NCBI GenBank assembly: GCA_022813965.1
Contig: JALDZS010000046.1
Span: 62,001-126,000 of the forward strand
Reading direction: 5' to 3'
DNA length: 64,000 bases
From: Toensbergia leucococca
Taxonomy: Eukaryota
Shown here: positions 10,221-22,410 of the stretch, in pieces
Numbering within the stretch: position 1 is the stretch's first letter
Layout of the letters: the number at the start of each line of letters is the position of its first letter
The notes under the pieces: generated by a model
What the model saw: the letters and a program-made list of their open reading frames with translations, nothing else
What the model was told of the DNA's origin: nothing
Databases searched by the model: none
Translations under genes and position numbers: made by a program

Positions 10221-13200
10221 TCACAATCTCCAGGCTTCATTCGCCGCTCGCAATGCTCGTTCTTTGGCTTTCATTTGATCAATCTCCAGTGACTTTTTGA
10301 AGTCCAAGGTAGAAGCACGCATGTCGGCGCTCAAGTGAGAGCTAGTATTACGTCGCTCCTGTTGTTCCGAGCATTCCAAGGGGACCACCGCATGCAGCGG
10401 GAACACAGAAGCTCGTGATATCGACTCGCCGTCAGCTTCATGAGGATTTTGTACGCATTCTTCATACATGTTAGACCACACCTTGGCGCTGTGATGCGGC
10501 TCATCACTGAGTGTTCTAGTCGGCAACAGACCATCCTCACTCGCTGTCGAAACAGTAATCCTCGGTCGAGCGCTGACAGTCGGCGTGGTGTCAGGCAAAG
10601 GTACATGTGAATGTGAATGTGAATGGTGTGATGGGTGCAAGGATAAATGCAAGGGAGAATGGTGTGGTGAGTGCAACAGAGGAAATCGAGGCGGCAGCAT
10701 CTCCAGTTCCGGGTATTCGAGAACGCCCCCAACAGAAATAGAGGAACGATGACCTGCGCCAAACATCTTATCAGTGCTAGGAGACCTGTACCAAGTACTC
10801 AATCGTTTGATCATACTTCTTCCAAACGTCATGCTCCGACTCTTTTGCTTCCCTGACAATGAAAATACCCGCCTCGGTTTACTGAGAGCCCTTTTGTCTA
10901 GGTCGGACTCTGCGGCAAAGTCCCGAGCAAAAACAAGATCCGTATCGCCTGCTGGCGACGAGGAGCGATCTGCCCGACTGTGACTTGGGAATTTACTCCA
11001 GCTGTCAACAGAGCGCTTGCTCTGTCTATCTTTGCTACCTTGGCTGCTGTCTCTGGTCGCGGGACCGCTGATTGTATCTGTGTTGCCTTGTGCTTCTGTC
11101 AGTATGCGAGGCTCAACCAATGGCGATCTGCTGATTCTGCTCCTCTTCCTTAGACTTTCTCTGCCGATTTCCTTGGACAAACCATGAAGCCCTGTCAACA
11201 TTTCCGACGCCTCTTCATCTTTTGCGTTATCCTGTAGAGCCCTTTCCCACATATTCAATGCGTCCTCTCCATCAGCTGTAATTGTGAGATTGTTCCCGAA
11301 TGTCCGACGTTTGCCAGACAAATACCACTCGTTGCTCCCGTCAAGACTCGCTGTTTCTCGCCGCCGAATACTTTGCCCCATGCTGCGTCTGTTCCGAAGG
11401 CTCCCAACCAAAGGAAATTCTCTAAGTTCTTCCTTGAATCTGCTTATCTTTGGCGATGATAGTGACATTGGTAATGCAACGATCCGGGATTCTGCAGCCG
11501 CAAGTTCCCGTGCTCTAAAGCTTTCAGTGCTGGATTCGAAACTCGAGGTGTCTATCCTGCCACGCCGGAAGATATTCCATATATCTGTCGTACCTTTTTT
11601 CATTACCACGTTGTTAGGCTGTCCTATTCTGCCTTGGAAATTTGTGGTACAATAGACAGAGTTATGTCGACTAGATACAGGACTGAATGCAGGACTTTCG
11701 TCATTAGATGTATAGACAGAAGAAGTAGTGCCTTGCTTCGGACCTGCCCAGGATAGAGGATATTGCCGACATGACGGGCCAGAACTCGAAAGTTGACGTG
11801 AACTACTGCCACTAGATTGTGCACGTTGGCGAGATGCGACTGTTTCGAGCTGTGATAAGGACACCGAAGGGTGAAGCGACTTTGAGATCAGACGTTGAGG
11901 AATGTGCATGTCATACAAATGGATCGAAGGAACTCGCTCGGAAGTATGACAGTATCCTGCCCTAGTGTTCCAAGTGTCATAAGCTCTATGGCAAGAGCTG
12001 TCTCCCTCACCATCGACGCCCCCAAAGTCCGATTCTTCTGAGGCCGGGTCACACCTTGAGCCATAAGCGTGCATTAACCCGGGCTTAATGGAACTGTCGT
12101 TAATTGAAACGTCGTGAAAATTGGACGGGCTTAGTCGCCCTGACGCCCCTTTAAGCCACTGCTCCGGTTGTACTGCTACATTCTCATGAGTGTCTTCCAC
12201 TAAGGGCCCTGCCACGGATCTAGGAGGGACAGAACTAGTACGGCCAGGAATAAAAAAGGTATGCAAACGATCCTGCATGGTTGGATCAGCTATTGGTTTG
12301 ATACTCAAGGGCTGCAAGCTTAGTGACAATAGATCAGTTGACGGCTCAATCAGATCAATGCAACCTAAACAGGGTTGGCTTGTGAGATTTGGTCTAGAGA
12401 TTTGCCTGGCAGCGCCTGATCGCTCGAGCAAAGAGATCGGCCCGAGCCGCTCAGCATGCTCAAGAACCTGAAGGTTATCAACAGGTCGTGAGTCCAAGAG
12501 ACTAGCATTTTCAATGTTATCTGCCCCTGTTGGTGATACTGATGTAAGAGTTGGCTCGAAGATTCTGGCAGAAGAGCAGTCCTCATCATTTGTAGGGTAC
12601 ATGGCTTTGCTGCTTGGACTTTCTGGCAAGGCGGGGGCAACCCTTAGTTCATATCCATGAGTGAGCTCTTGATCACAAGATTGTTTCTCCAGCGACAGCG
12701 AAGATCGAAAATGCTTGACAATTTCGTTGAAATGCTTCGGCCGTAGACGTATAGACGCTCCGTTACGGCCCTTGGAGACATTGGGAGTAGCTATCGGTAC
12801 TGCGTCTGCATCATAGCCACCCTCACTGGGTGTCCGATCGTTAAGGAGATCTTTCTGCAGCCTTTGATGCAACGCACGCTTTAGCTCTCGACGACGTTCG
12901 AGATCCTCCAAGCTTATCGAGCTTCGCAACTTCTTTTTCGAACTCGGCTTGGATATTCCGGAGTCTCTAGATAGTCTCTTCCGGACCTTTCTGGTGATGT
13001 CTGATATGCTTGATGATCGCAGAGGTCCGCGAGCGCCTTCATCCCGAGCCGACTCGAAGATTTGACGTATTGCCTGCGAGTCATCTAAGCCTCTGGATAT
13101 GCTAGTGGTCGATATTGACGCGACGGATATTCTCGAAACGGCAGGGGTCTTCTGCTTGGAGGGATCTACCGCTCTGGTATTTGGCAGACTAGACGACGAA

Positions 13201-13235
13201 GACTGCCGGAAGTGGCAGCAGAAAAGGCGAGGCAT
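10221..13235 (-). CDS. Large Ser/Arg-rich hypothetical protein (~1004 aa)
   Basis: Uninterrupted 3 kb ORF, first ATG at 13235 (MPRLFCCHF); no domain recognised. Confidence 0.8.
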   Translation of the reverse strand: MPRLFCCHFRQSSSSSLPNTRAVDPSKQKTPAVSRISVASISTTSISRGLDDSQAIRQIFESARDEGARGPLRSSSISDITRKVRKRLSRDSGISKPSSKKKLRSSISLEDLERRRELKRALHQRLQKDLLNDRTPSEGGYDADAVPIATPNVSKGRNGASIRLRPKHFNEIVKHFRSSLSLEKQSCDQELTHGYELRVAPALPESPSSKAMYPTNDEDCSSARIFEPTLTSVSPTGADNIENASLLDSRPVDNLQVLEHAERLGPISLLERSGAARQISRPNLTSQPCLGCIDLIEPSTDLLSLSLQPLSIKPIADPTMQDRLHTFFIPGRTSSVPPRSVAGPLVEDTHENVAVQPEQWLKGASGRLSPSNFHDVSINDSSIKPGLMHAYGSRCDPASEESDFGGVDGEGDSSCHRAYDTWNTRAGYCHTSERVPSIHLYDMHIPQRLISKSLHPSVSLSQLETVASRQRAQSSGSSSRQLSSSGPSCRQYPLSWAGPKQGTTSSVYTSNDESPAFSPVSSRHNSVYCTTNFQGRIGQPNNVVMKKGTTDIWNIFRRGRIDTSSFESSTESFRARELAAAESRIVALPMSLSSPKISRFKEELREFPLVGSLRNRRSMGQSIRRRETASLDGSNEWYLSGKRRTFGNNLTITADGEDALNMWERALQDNAKDEEASEMLTGLHGLSKEIGRESLRKRSRISRSPLVEPRILTEAQGNTDTISGPATRDSSQGSKDRQSKRSVDSWSKFPSHSRADRSSSPAGDTDLVFARDFAAESDLDKRALSKPRRVFSLSGKQKSRSMTFGRSMIKRLSTWYRSPSTDKMFGAGHRSSISVGGVLEYPELEMLPPRFPLLHSPHHSPLHLSLHPSHHSHSHSHVPLPDTTPTVSARPRITVSTASEDGLLPTRTLSDEPHHSAKVWSNMYEECVQNPHEADGESISRASVFPLHAVVPLECSEQQERRNTSSHLSADMRASTLDFKKSLEIDQMKAKERALRAANEAWRL

Positions 13236-14089
13236 TATTAACGGCACTCTGCTTAAAATTATGGGAATAACTTTTCCATGTTAAACATTAGCTGCTTGCG
13301 TTGTCAGGTAAGGGTGTAGCAGAGCCTGATGTGAAGGCAGGCGCAAGAGTTGGGCATAAAGAGATGGATGTGTGTTGTCTTCTTTACCTTGAATAGCAAT
13401 ATTCCAGAGGATGACCTATAATGGCTTTGCGATGGGAGAGACAGAAGCGTTGCAGCACGGAAGACGGCGTACCTAGTCTTCAAGTGCTGGCTCGGTATGA
13501 ACTTCGAATGAGCCATATGGGTTCGAAGCTTCTATAATCGGTAACTCTGTTAGCCTTCCTTTGGGTGGGTACATGTTTACTTTGAGCTTGAAACAAAAAA
13601 TGAAGTTTATCGAGAAATACTGAGCCATACGGCCTAAACGTCAACTCTATCTCGGCCAACTCCTAATGGAATCTTGTATTTCGGGCAGTATTGAACAAGC
13701 ATCCTGTAATTGACCTATCAATCATTACAACGCAGACGAAGCAAGACTGAGTGAGCCAATTTTTCATTGGCTTTTTGCAAATAATTCGAGTCATTGTAGA
13801 TCTATGCATCCCCCAGAGAAGGAAAATCCTACATCAACGCCAGTCTCTCGACATATGATACCCGGTTGAGCAGGGTACCACAGACTATTCTAGGACATTC
13901 GCCATGCAATGTTGAAAAATGCACATCTAAAGGCTTTTAGTTGTCCCGGAAATCGAAACCCGCCATTTCCGCGCACTAAAACGCCGATGTTGAGATCAGT
14001 CCTTTTTGTAATCATCACAAATATACTATTCGACTCATGTTGTTGAACATCTCATTGTCCCGTATCATTACATTGCCGTTAAGGCAACA

Positions 14090-16601
14090 CTAGGAAGACT
14101 TGGAGTACTTCTCCCGGTAAAATTTGGCCGCGTTCACCATGTTTACTAAAGCCGCCTTGGTTTCCTTCCATTGCCGCGTTTTGAGACCACAATCGGGATC
14201 AATCCAGAGTTGATCTGGTGAGAGGTATTGAAGCATCTCGTCAATTCGATCCTTGATCTCCTGCTCGCTTGGAATTCGGGGTGAATGAATGTCATATACC
14301 CCAGGACCGATTTGTCTTGGGTATGCCTCGTCGACGAAGACCTTGAGCAGTTTCGCATCGCTCTTGCTATTCTCGATACTTAGGACATCAGCGTCGAGGG
14401 CTGCGATAGCATGGAAAAAGTCCTGGAATTCCGAATAACAGAAGTGCGAATGTATTTGGGTTGAGTCTCTGACACCGGAGACAGAGAGGCGGAAGGACTT
14501 GACAGCCCAGGACAGATAACTCTCACGCTCCAAGCCCGTTCGTAGGGGCAGACCCTCACGGAGAGCTGGCTCGTCGACCTGAATGACGTAGATGCCGGCT
14601 GACTCGAGATCGACAACCTCATCACGTAAGGCAAGAGCTAATTGTTCAGCCTGGACCGATTGGTGAACATCATCGCGAGGGAAAGACCATCGAAGGCAAG
14701 TGATCGGTCCAGTAAGCATGCCCTTCATAGGCTTCTTGGATATCGAAGCAGCGTACTTTGACTCCTTGACAGTCATTGGGGCTGGCCTCGAGATATCTCC
14801 GACAATGATAGGAGGCCGGACGCAACGCGAGCCGTAACTCTGAACCCAAGCATGGGTGGTAAAGACATAACCGGTAAGACGTTCGCCGAAGTATTGAACC
14901 ATATCATTTCGCTCAGGTTCCCCATGCACATACACGTCGAGGTCAAGCTCATCCTGAATTTTCACTACATCATCGATTTCTTTCTCAATGAATTTTTCAT
15001 ACTCCTCGGGTGTGATTTCACCCTTGGTGAACCGATTTCTCTGAATGCGAATTTCCTTGGTTTGTGGGAAAGAACCAATCGTGGTGGTCGGAAACATGGG
15101 TAATTTGAGGAGTTCTTGTTGTTGAGCAATCCTTGTCGGGAAAGGTGACTTTCGGTTGAACATCTCTTCTGTTACCTTCGCTTGTCGGTCCTTGACCTTG
15201 GGGTCGTTGGTGAGTTTCGAGCTCGCACGAGCTTGTACAGACGCTGCATTGGCTTCCAATTGCTCACGAACGCTGGCAGGGCCGTCTGTCACAGCCTTGG
15301 CAATGATAGCCAGCTCATGTGTCTTCTCAACGGCGAAGCTAAAAAAGTCTTTGACTTCAGCATCCAATTTCTTTTCACTCGCGAGAGTATGGGGTGTGTG
15401 CAGCAACGAACTAGAACTAGCCACGATGACTCGATCCTTTCCAAGTTTCTGGACGGCAGTCTCGACGGTCTCAATAGCTTTTTTAAGATTTGTCTTCCAG
15501 ATGTTTCGACCATCAACAACTCCTACAGAAAGAGTCTGCTGTGGGCCTAGTGCACCCATGACGGTTTCCAGCTGCTCAGGATTTCGTACAACGTCAATGT
15601 GAAGTGCATGAAGTCCTTGGAAGTATTGGAGAATATCTTGGTTGTGAACAATATCACCAAAGTAAGTGGCGATGACAACCTTCGGGATTTTGCTGCCGAG
15701 ACCAGTAATCTTCTCATAAGCTGGCTTGAATGCATTTTTGACTTTGAGAGGCAGGTCAAAGACAAGGCAAGGCTCGTCGATCTGGACTGACTCTGCACCA
15801 GCTTCCTTGAGCTGCACTAGGAGCTCTTCATAGACGGGGAGGAGTTTATCTAGGACGGTGATAGGGTTGATACTCTGATCTCTGTCGCCCTTGGCGAGAG
15901 CGAGAAATGATACAGGGCCGACAAGCACTGGGCGCGTGATAATACCAGCTTCCTTTGCTTCGAGAAATTCAGCAACAGGCTTTGGGTTTGACTTTAATTT
16001 GAAAGTCTGCCCATCTTGTAGAGTAGGCTTGACGTAATGATAGTTAGAGTCAAACCATTTCACCATTTCCTGCAGGTAGGTAGATGAGCTGCTGTTACAC
16101 ACATTGAGGCGAGTTTATTTGGTGTTGCTTACTAAACTAGGAACGTCAACGGCAGCCGCTCCGTCCTTCTCCGGTCTCTGCAGACCTCTTCCCATGGCGA
16201 AAAACTCATCAATGGGAGCAAGGTTATATTTCGTATACTTTTCTGGTATGGCCTATTTTTCTGTCAGGATGTGCTAGCAGATTTCGGCGATGAATTCGCG
16301 CGGGATAATTCTTACACCAAAGAACTGGATGTGATCAAGAACATGATCGTAGAAAGAGAAGTCGTTGCTAGGAATGACATCGATGCCGGCGTTCTTTTGT
16401 ATCTTCCAATGCTCGAGACGGAGGCGCTTACCCTCGTCGAGAAGAGCTTCCTGTGACAACTTACCGCCCCAATATGCTTCTGTTGCTTTCTTGAGGTCTC
16501 GATTCACTCCCATACGAGGGAAACCGAGCACGGAACTAGAAAGCAGGTTATTCTTTAGGTCGTCCGATAATTCCGGTATCATTTACTTACGACTGAACCA
16601 T
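14090..16601 (-). CDS. MET6: Cobalamin-independent methionine synthase
   Basis: Exons 16601-16591, 16535-16316, 16252-16133, 16069-14090. Motifs MVQSSVLGFPRMG, EMVKWFDSNYHY, TTTIGSFPQT, HGEPERNDMV, Zn ligands HFCYSE and PDCGLKTR. Confidence 0.98.
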
Positions 16602-16965
16602 CTTCGCGGTGAGAGTTGGGTGGACGCTACGCTTATTGTGTATGTACCGTTTCGTATAATATTTTGCCAATAAAAGGGGGCGTGAAATGACGAGTGAAGA
16701 AGACAGATGGTGTACCTTGTATATCTTGATGGTAGCCTAGACAACAATATTTCGAAGGGTTGGGAGAGAGAGAAAGAGTTGGGTTGATGGGGGGTGAAGA
16801 AGAGGAAAATGTCTCCATGGTGGGGTGTTTGATTACCGTAATGCAGCTACTCCGTAGCACCAGAACGCTCGGAGCTTCAATTTTCTGCTCCGTGCTCCGG
16901 TGACGACATCCATGTCAATTTGATATCCTAACCACATCAATCAACCGCCATCCAATCTTCATCCC

Positions 16966-17988
16966 ATGGCCCTAATAGAAAATTGGCTTCCGCCGTCCCG
17001 CGAGCACTGGGAATTCCTCACTAGTATTTGGCAATTCTTTCCAATCGTGCGTTTTTCCAAAACCCCCTTTTCCTCAGAATTATCTTTCAACAAAGCTAAT
17101 CTTCAGCTTCAAAGATCACACTCGTGCAATGGACCCTAGACTGGTACCCCTCGGGCAAAACATCCATCAACTCTCGATTCAATATCCCCGGCAAAATCGC
17201 TTGGGCTGGCATGGAAGCACCAGGCTTTCTCACCCTGCTCTACATAATGTTCACTCTCCCGCAGCAGCAGGGCATTCAGAAACTTCCACAAGCTAACTGG
17301 GTTATGGCGACCTTATTCGTAAGACACCACCTGTCATCCATCTCCGTAGCAACACAAACACTTTTCATCCCATAATTAACCCATACTTCCAAAGACGATC
17401 CACTACATCTACCGCGCCCTCCTCTGCCCCATCCTTAACCCAACCATGTCACCCATCCACCCCCTTGTGTTCACCCTAGCCCTACTCTTCCAACTCTGCA
17501 ACGCAACCTGCATCGGCGGCTGGCTCGCTGCCTACGGTCCCGTTACGCCGGCGGACTGGGCCGGCCGCGTGCTCTGGATAGAAGTTGGCATGATGATATT
17601 CGCCGCAGGGCTTGTCGGCAATATCTACCACGACGACGAGTTGCGCGAGATCCGTCGAGCTGCGGCACGGAATATTAAAAGGCGGGAAGAGGCGCAGGGG
17701 GAGAAAAAGAATGAGGGTGGGAAGGCCAAGAGTGTGGACAAGGTATACATGATGCCCCAAAACGGGTTGTTCACTTGGATATTGTACCCGCATTATCTGT
17801 GCGAGTGGGTTGAGTGGTGCGGATTCTGGATGATTGGCGGGCTGGGGTGCGTGCCCGTGAGGATATTCGTCATCAACGAAATTGCCACCATGACGCCGAG
17901 AGCGGTGCAAGGGAAACGATGGTATACCGAAAGGTTCGGAAGGGAGAAAGTTGGTGGCAGAAAAGCGGTCATTCCTGGAATTATTTGA
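16966..17988 (+). CDS. 3-oxo-5-alpha-steroid 4-dehydrogenase (steroid 5-alpha-reductase/DET2) family membrane protein
   Basis: Exons 16966-17046, 17115-17318, 17395-17988. Motifs AWAGMEAPG, IHYIYRA, GNIYHDDELR, PQNGLF..YPHYLCEWVEW, RKAVIPGI. Confidence 0.9.
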
Positions 17989-18397
17989 ACACCTAATTGC
18001 GTACGAGTAATAGCCCCATAACTTATAGTCTAAAGTCCACCTTTGTCACGTCCATCCGCCATGTCCATCCCATCCCATCCCATCCTATCCTTGTGAGCCT
18101 CTGACCCATGCCCCCAGCCCGTACCCTATCACACAAACCTCGCCATGCCTTGAAAGAGGAGAATATAAGTTAAAAAGTCGCGAGCCGCCCTAATTTTGAT
18201 TTGCCTTTCCAGAGTTTCTTTGGTAATGAAAATAATCTCCCAAATCCCAATCCGAACTCCGATCAAAAGGACTGAAATTATCCGTATTTGTTGAAAGAAG
18301 TAAAGATTCCGTCGCGCCTCGCTACATTAATCACGATTCCCATCCATAGCTTCGTTCATCATCGTGAGGGTCAAGTCGTAGGAAGAGACACCAAGCA

Positions 18398-21300
18398 TCA
18401 CTTCCCTCCAAAGATGATCCCTTCGTCCTCGCTCTCCTCGCCATCCTCTCCTACATCTCCATCCCCGTTGTAGCCAGCCTCGTCATCGTCGGGAACACCG
18501 GGATGCATGCCCTTTGCCACCTCGATAGTGCTGGCTGTGCTAGCCCGCGAGACCGGCTGCTCCACCCGGAGCGGTACAGGCTTCTGAAGAGCAAAGTCTT
18601 CGGTTGCTGTCGAAAGAGAAGACGCGCCACTGACAACAGACGGAATGCTAGGATGAGAAAAAGACTCGCTGATACCGGACGCCATCTGTTCGTCCGAGGA
18701 GGAGACACCCAAAAGCTGAACGTCGTCGGGAGCAGGCACATAATTCTGCTGGGGATAGAATATCATATCATCGGGGGACGGAGGGCAAGAGCCAGCAGAG
18801 GAAGCTGAGGCACGATCAGCATTTTCGGCGGCTCGCTCGTTTTCGAGCAAATGGCGGCGGCGGTTTTGCTCTTCGGCACGTTGAAAGGCTTCCGTAGAGT
18901 ATTCACCTTGGAGGTGTGGATAAAAGAAGGCAGTCGAAGGGGGGCTCTCAGCAGAGGAACTAAGGTCGCGGAGCACAGGCGGCAGATCAACATGACCAGA
19001 AGCCACGGCCGTAGAAAACGCAATGCTAGGCGATGCGTGCGGATCTTCGATACTTGAGATAGGTGGTTCAATCCAAGACGAGCGACGAGAATGGGGAGCA
19101 CTGTCCCGACCTCGTCCGCGTTCCCTGCTTCGCATGCTCTTGACAAATCGACGTCCGGCGCCACCAAAAATACCACCGAGAGCTGATGGTGAGCCAGTAT
19201 CAATAGGCTCAGAGGTCATTGACGAGAGCCCCTTTACAGTTGGTGTTCTTCCCTCCGGCACCATAGCAGGTACATGTGCTCTGATTGTCTTCATCGACTC
19301 AGCGACTGATACTTCACGTTCAGGCGGACTTGGCCGTTGTTGTACATGTGGGCTATTGGCTACACTTGCGGATAGCACCATGGCATTATTCATGAAGATG
19401 TTGCCATCAAAAAAGGAGTAAGAAGGATCTTCCTTGATTTCGGGACTTGCGGTGACGCTCTGCGCTAGTGGATGCTCAGAACCTTCTCGTGATGCACGTA
19501 AAGCTGTGAAAATCTGCTCGTCGCCTCTCAGACTGGACCGCCTCCCCTCTTTAGCATGTGTACCGTCCATGGACGTCGAAACAGAACCAGGGCCAACAAC
19601 CCCTTTCGCATTGCTTTCGGCTCGTTTGCGAGAGTCACGACCTCGAACAACGGAGCCGAGTCTTCGAATGCCAGACTTGATGCGATCAACAATAGTAAGA
19701 CCGACAACTGCTTCTTGAACTTCTTTCGTTGAGACCTCGATCTTCTTACCCTGACTTTGCAACAACGGATCAGTCTCATCCAACCAAGCAACTCGATCCT
19801 GGATACCGCGAAGGACCCATGGATGGTGCTTAACCTCCTTCAAGGAAATACGAGCAGATGGCTTTTTGTGAAACAAACGCTTCAAGAGATCGCGTAAGTC
19901 ATCATCAACTTCTTCGTACTCGATAATATCGTCCACTCTCTTATTGCAATTCATTGATACTCTAGCAGTGTCTTCGACGCCCTTGAGGCGCATTCGTGGA
20001 ATGAAGACCTCTTGCCTGGCAATCTTTTCGTACATGGCAAACTCATTCACGTCGACGAAAGGTAGACGACCAAATATCATGCAATAGAGGGTCACGCCGA
20101 GAGCCCACACATCAATCTGTCCAGTGATCTGTGGGCGCTCAGGATTTTTCTCCACGTCAAATAGATCGGGATCACACAGTTCTGGTGCGTAGAATAATGG
20201 CGTACCCACCGTCTTGGCTAATTCAAGGGCTTCGTCGTGATTTGCGGAATCAGCTTCAGGGATTTCCTCATGGTTATCGTCCTCCCTGATGGGCTTGCCG
20301 AGGTACGAAACTCCAAAGTCCGAAATTTTAACACGGTGATCCGCAGTCCAAAGAAGGTTGGCTGGTTTGATGTCGCGATGAATAATGCCTTGATAGTGTA
20401 GATACTCTAGACCTAGCACTGTATCACGAAACGCATCCAGGGCTTGCGAAAGCGTTAAACATGGCACATAGCGATACTCTTCCTCTTCATCGGTCCATTG
20501 GGTTTGCTCATTGATAATTTGTTCGAGGGTAGTCTCTAAGGCAACCTCAGGGGTACGTTCATCAGAAGTGTACGCTCCCCACATAGTCCCTTCGAGATTG
20601 AACATCGACGCAACACGAGAATTGGGATCTTCTCCGATAGTCGCAGAGTGACATTCTCTACTACCGGGAGCGTCTGGTGCTTTCGACCCAAGGTGGACTG
20701 GACTGGAACTTTGCGGAGAAACCTGACGCGAATTCGTCACGTCAGTCGCTGGTGTGATATCGACACCCTGGGTATCTGTTCTAGGCGTGTCACTAGAGCC
20801 TTTTGTTTGATCATCTTCAGGCTCACCACCATACTCCAGACTCCAGAAAGCGTCTGAAGCAGTTTCAGGCTCATGTGGCTTACCATTGTCACACTTGCTA
20901 ATCATGAGCCGGTCTTGAGCTTGACGACGCTGATCGTCCAGGACTCGAGTTTTGTCTTCACGCCTCGTTTTGACGGTGCTGTTGAAGCGTTCTGTCTCTG
21001 CATTTTCGAGATCATCGTTGATCTGGCCAGCCATCTCTCTTTTGACACGATTCATCTCGAAAATGGCAATATCTTTATCCGTCTTCTTGCGCCACACTAT
21101 TTCCCCCTTTTCGATGAATTCGAGCACAAGATATACTTTACCATATTCCTGATCATCGATGACCTCAAGTAAACTAACGACATGAGGGTGACGAGCCTTT
21201 TTGAGAATAGCAACTTCTTTCTTGATCATGTCGTATGGATCTCCAGATTTGCCCAGTCGAACTTTCTTCGAGAAGCGACGCACAATTTTGATGGCCACCA

Positions 21301-22410
21301 AGTCACCTGTCTGGAGGTCACGTCCGAGTTTGACGGTGCCGTGTCCACCACTGCCAAGTTTGTTGATGAACTCATAATTATTGACAAGCTTTCTGCCTGA
21401 GATCGGATCAATGTCTTTCAGGAGCTTGTGCGTCCTACTGTACGTAAGTAAATGTATGTATAGCGAGGGAAGCCCTCATGTAGGAAAGGGGGGGTCAAAA
21501 CTCACTCTTTTGGTGCTTGCAGATGAGTTGGGTGCAGCAGAGGAGTGCCGTGGTGAGCATCATCGGAATCCTCAGCGACGAGCTTTTGGCTTGAGCTTGT
21601 GGGAGAGAAGAGACCAGGACTCTGAGCTGGTGTGTTGCCAACAGTCTTGGCTCCTGAAGTCATGGTATGATCTCGCGGCTTTTTCGGAGCGCCCAGTGCG
21701 TAAAATGAGCCTTGCGATGGGTGTGAGCTTCTGGTTCTCAATGTTGGTGGCCGATAGGACGAAGGGTAATGTTGGGACTGTAATGCTGAGAATGACTGAT
21801 TTGGATATTTAGGGTAGTCTGGATTATCACGGCGTCTTTGCGCTGTTCCTTGAATATGAGAAGCAGGTGGCGTAGAAGATGTAGCTTGAGGGATCGTAGA
21901 TGCTCCAGTCACAGTCTGATTTGAGTGATCTCTCGTCACATGTGGACGCCCATCGGGAGACCCAGAAGCTGACATACTGTCTGATTGGCCATCTTGAAAG
22001 CTTCCCGTAGATATTGAGGACAGAGTAGACGTCGATACCGTCCTTATAAAAGTCGCATTGCTGATGTTCTGTAGAAAGTTTGACGTGAAGTAGCTGTCAT
22101 GGTCTTCTGCGGCTTGTGACTGCGGCTGCACCCCTTCAGAAATCCACGATACGGATCTTGTATGGGTTGATGAAGGAAACTCGGATCTCGGTGTTCTCGC
22201 AGGATCATCTACTAGAGAGGGCCATGTCTTTTCCTTAGTCTTATCTTGAGTATCTTGCCCAGAATCGTTCAAGGTAATGTGGGTAGGTTTTGCAGAAACC
22301 GTTTTTGGCACTCTTACTAACAACGGAGAAGCTGTTGGGTCTGTATCTGTGATCGAATGCGCATAATTGCCATACTCCACGACTTTCGTATCACTGTTGT
22401 CACTGGCCAT
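18398..22410 (-). CDS. CAMKK-family Ser/Thr kinase (Sak1/Tos3/Ssp1-like)
   Basis: Exons 22410-21506 and 21434-18398. Motifs LGSGGHGTVKL, VAIK, HRDIKPANLL, DFG, GTPLFYAPE, DVWALG; large insert inside the kinase domain. Confidence 0.92.
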
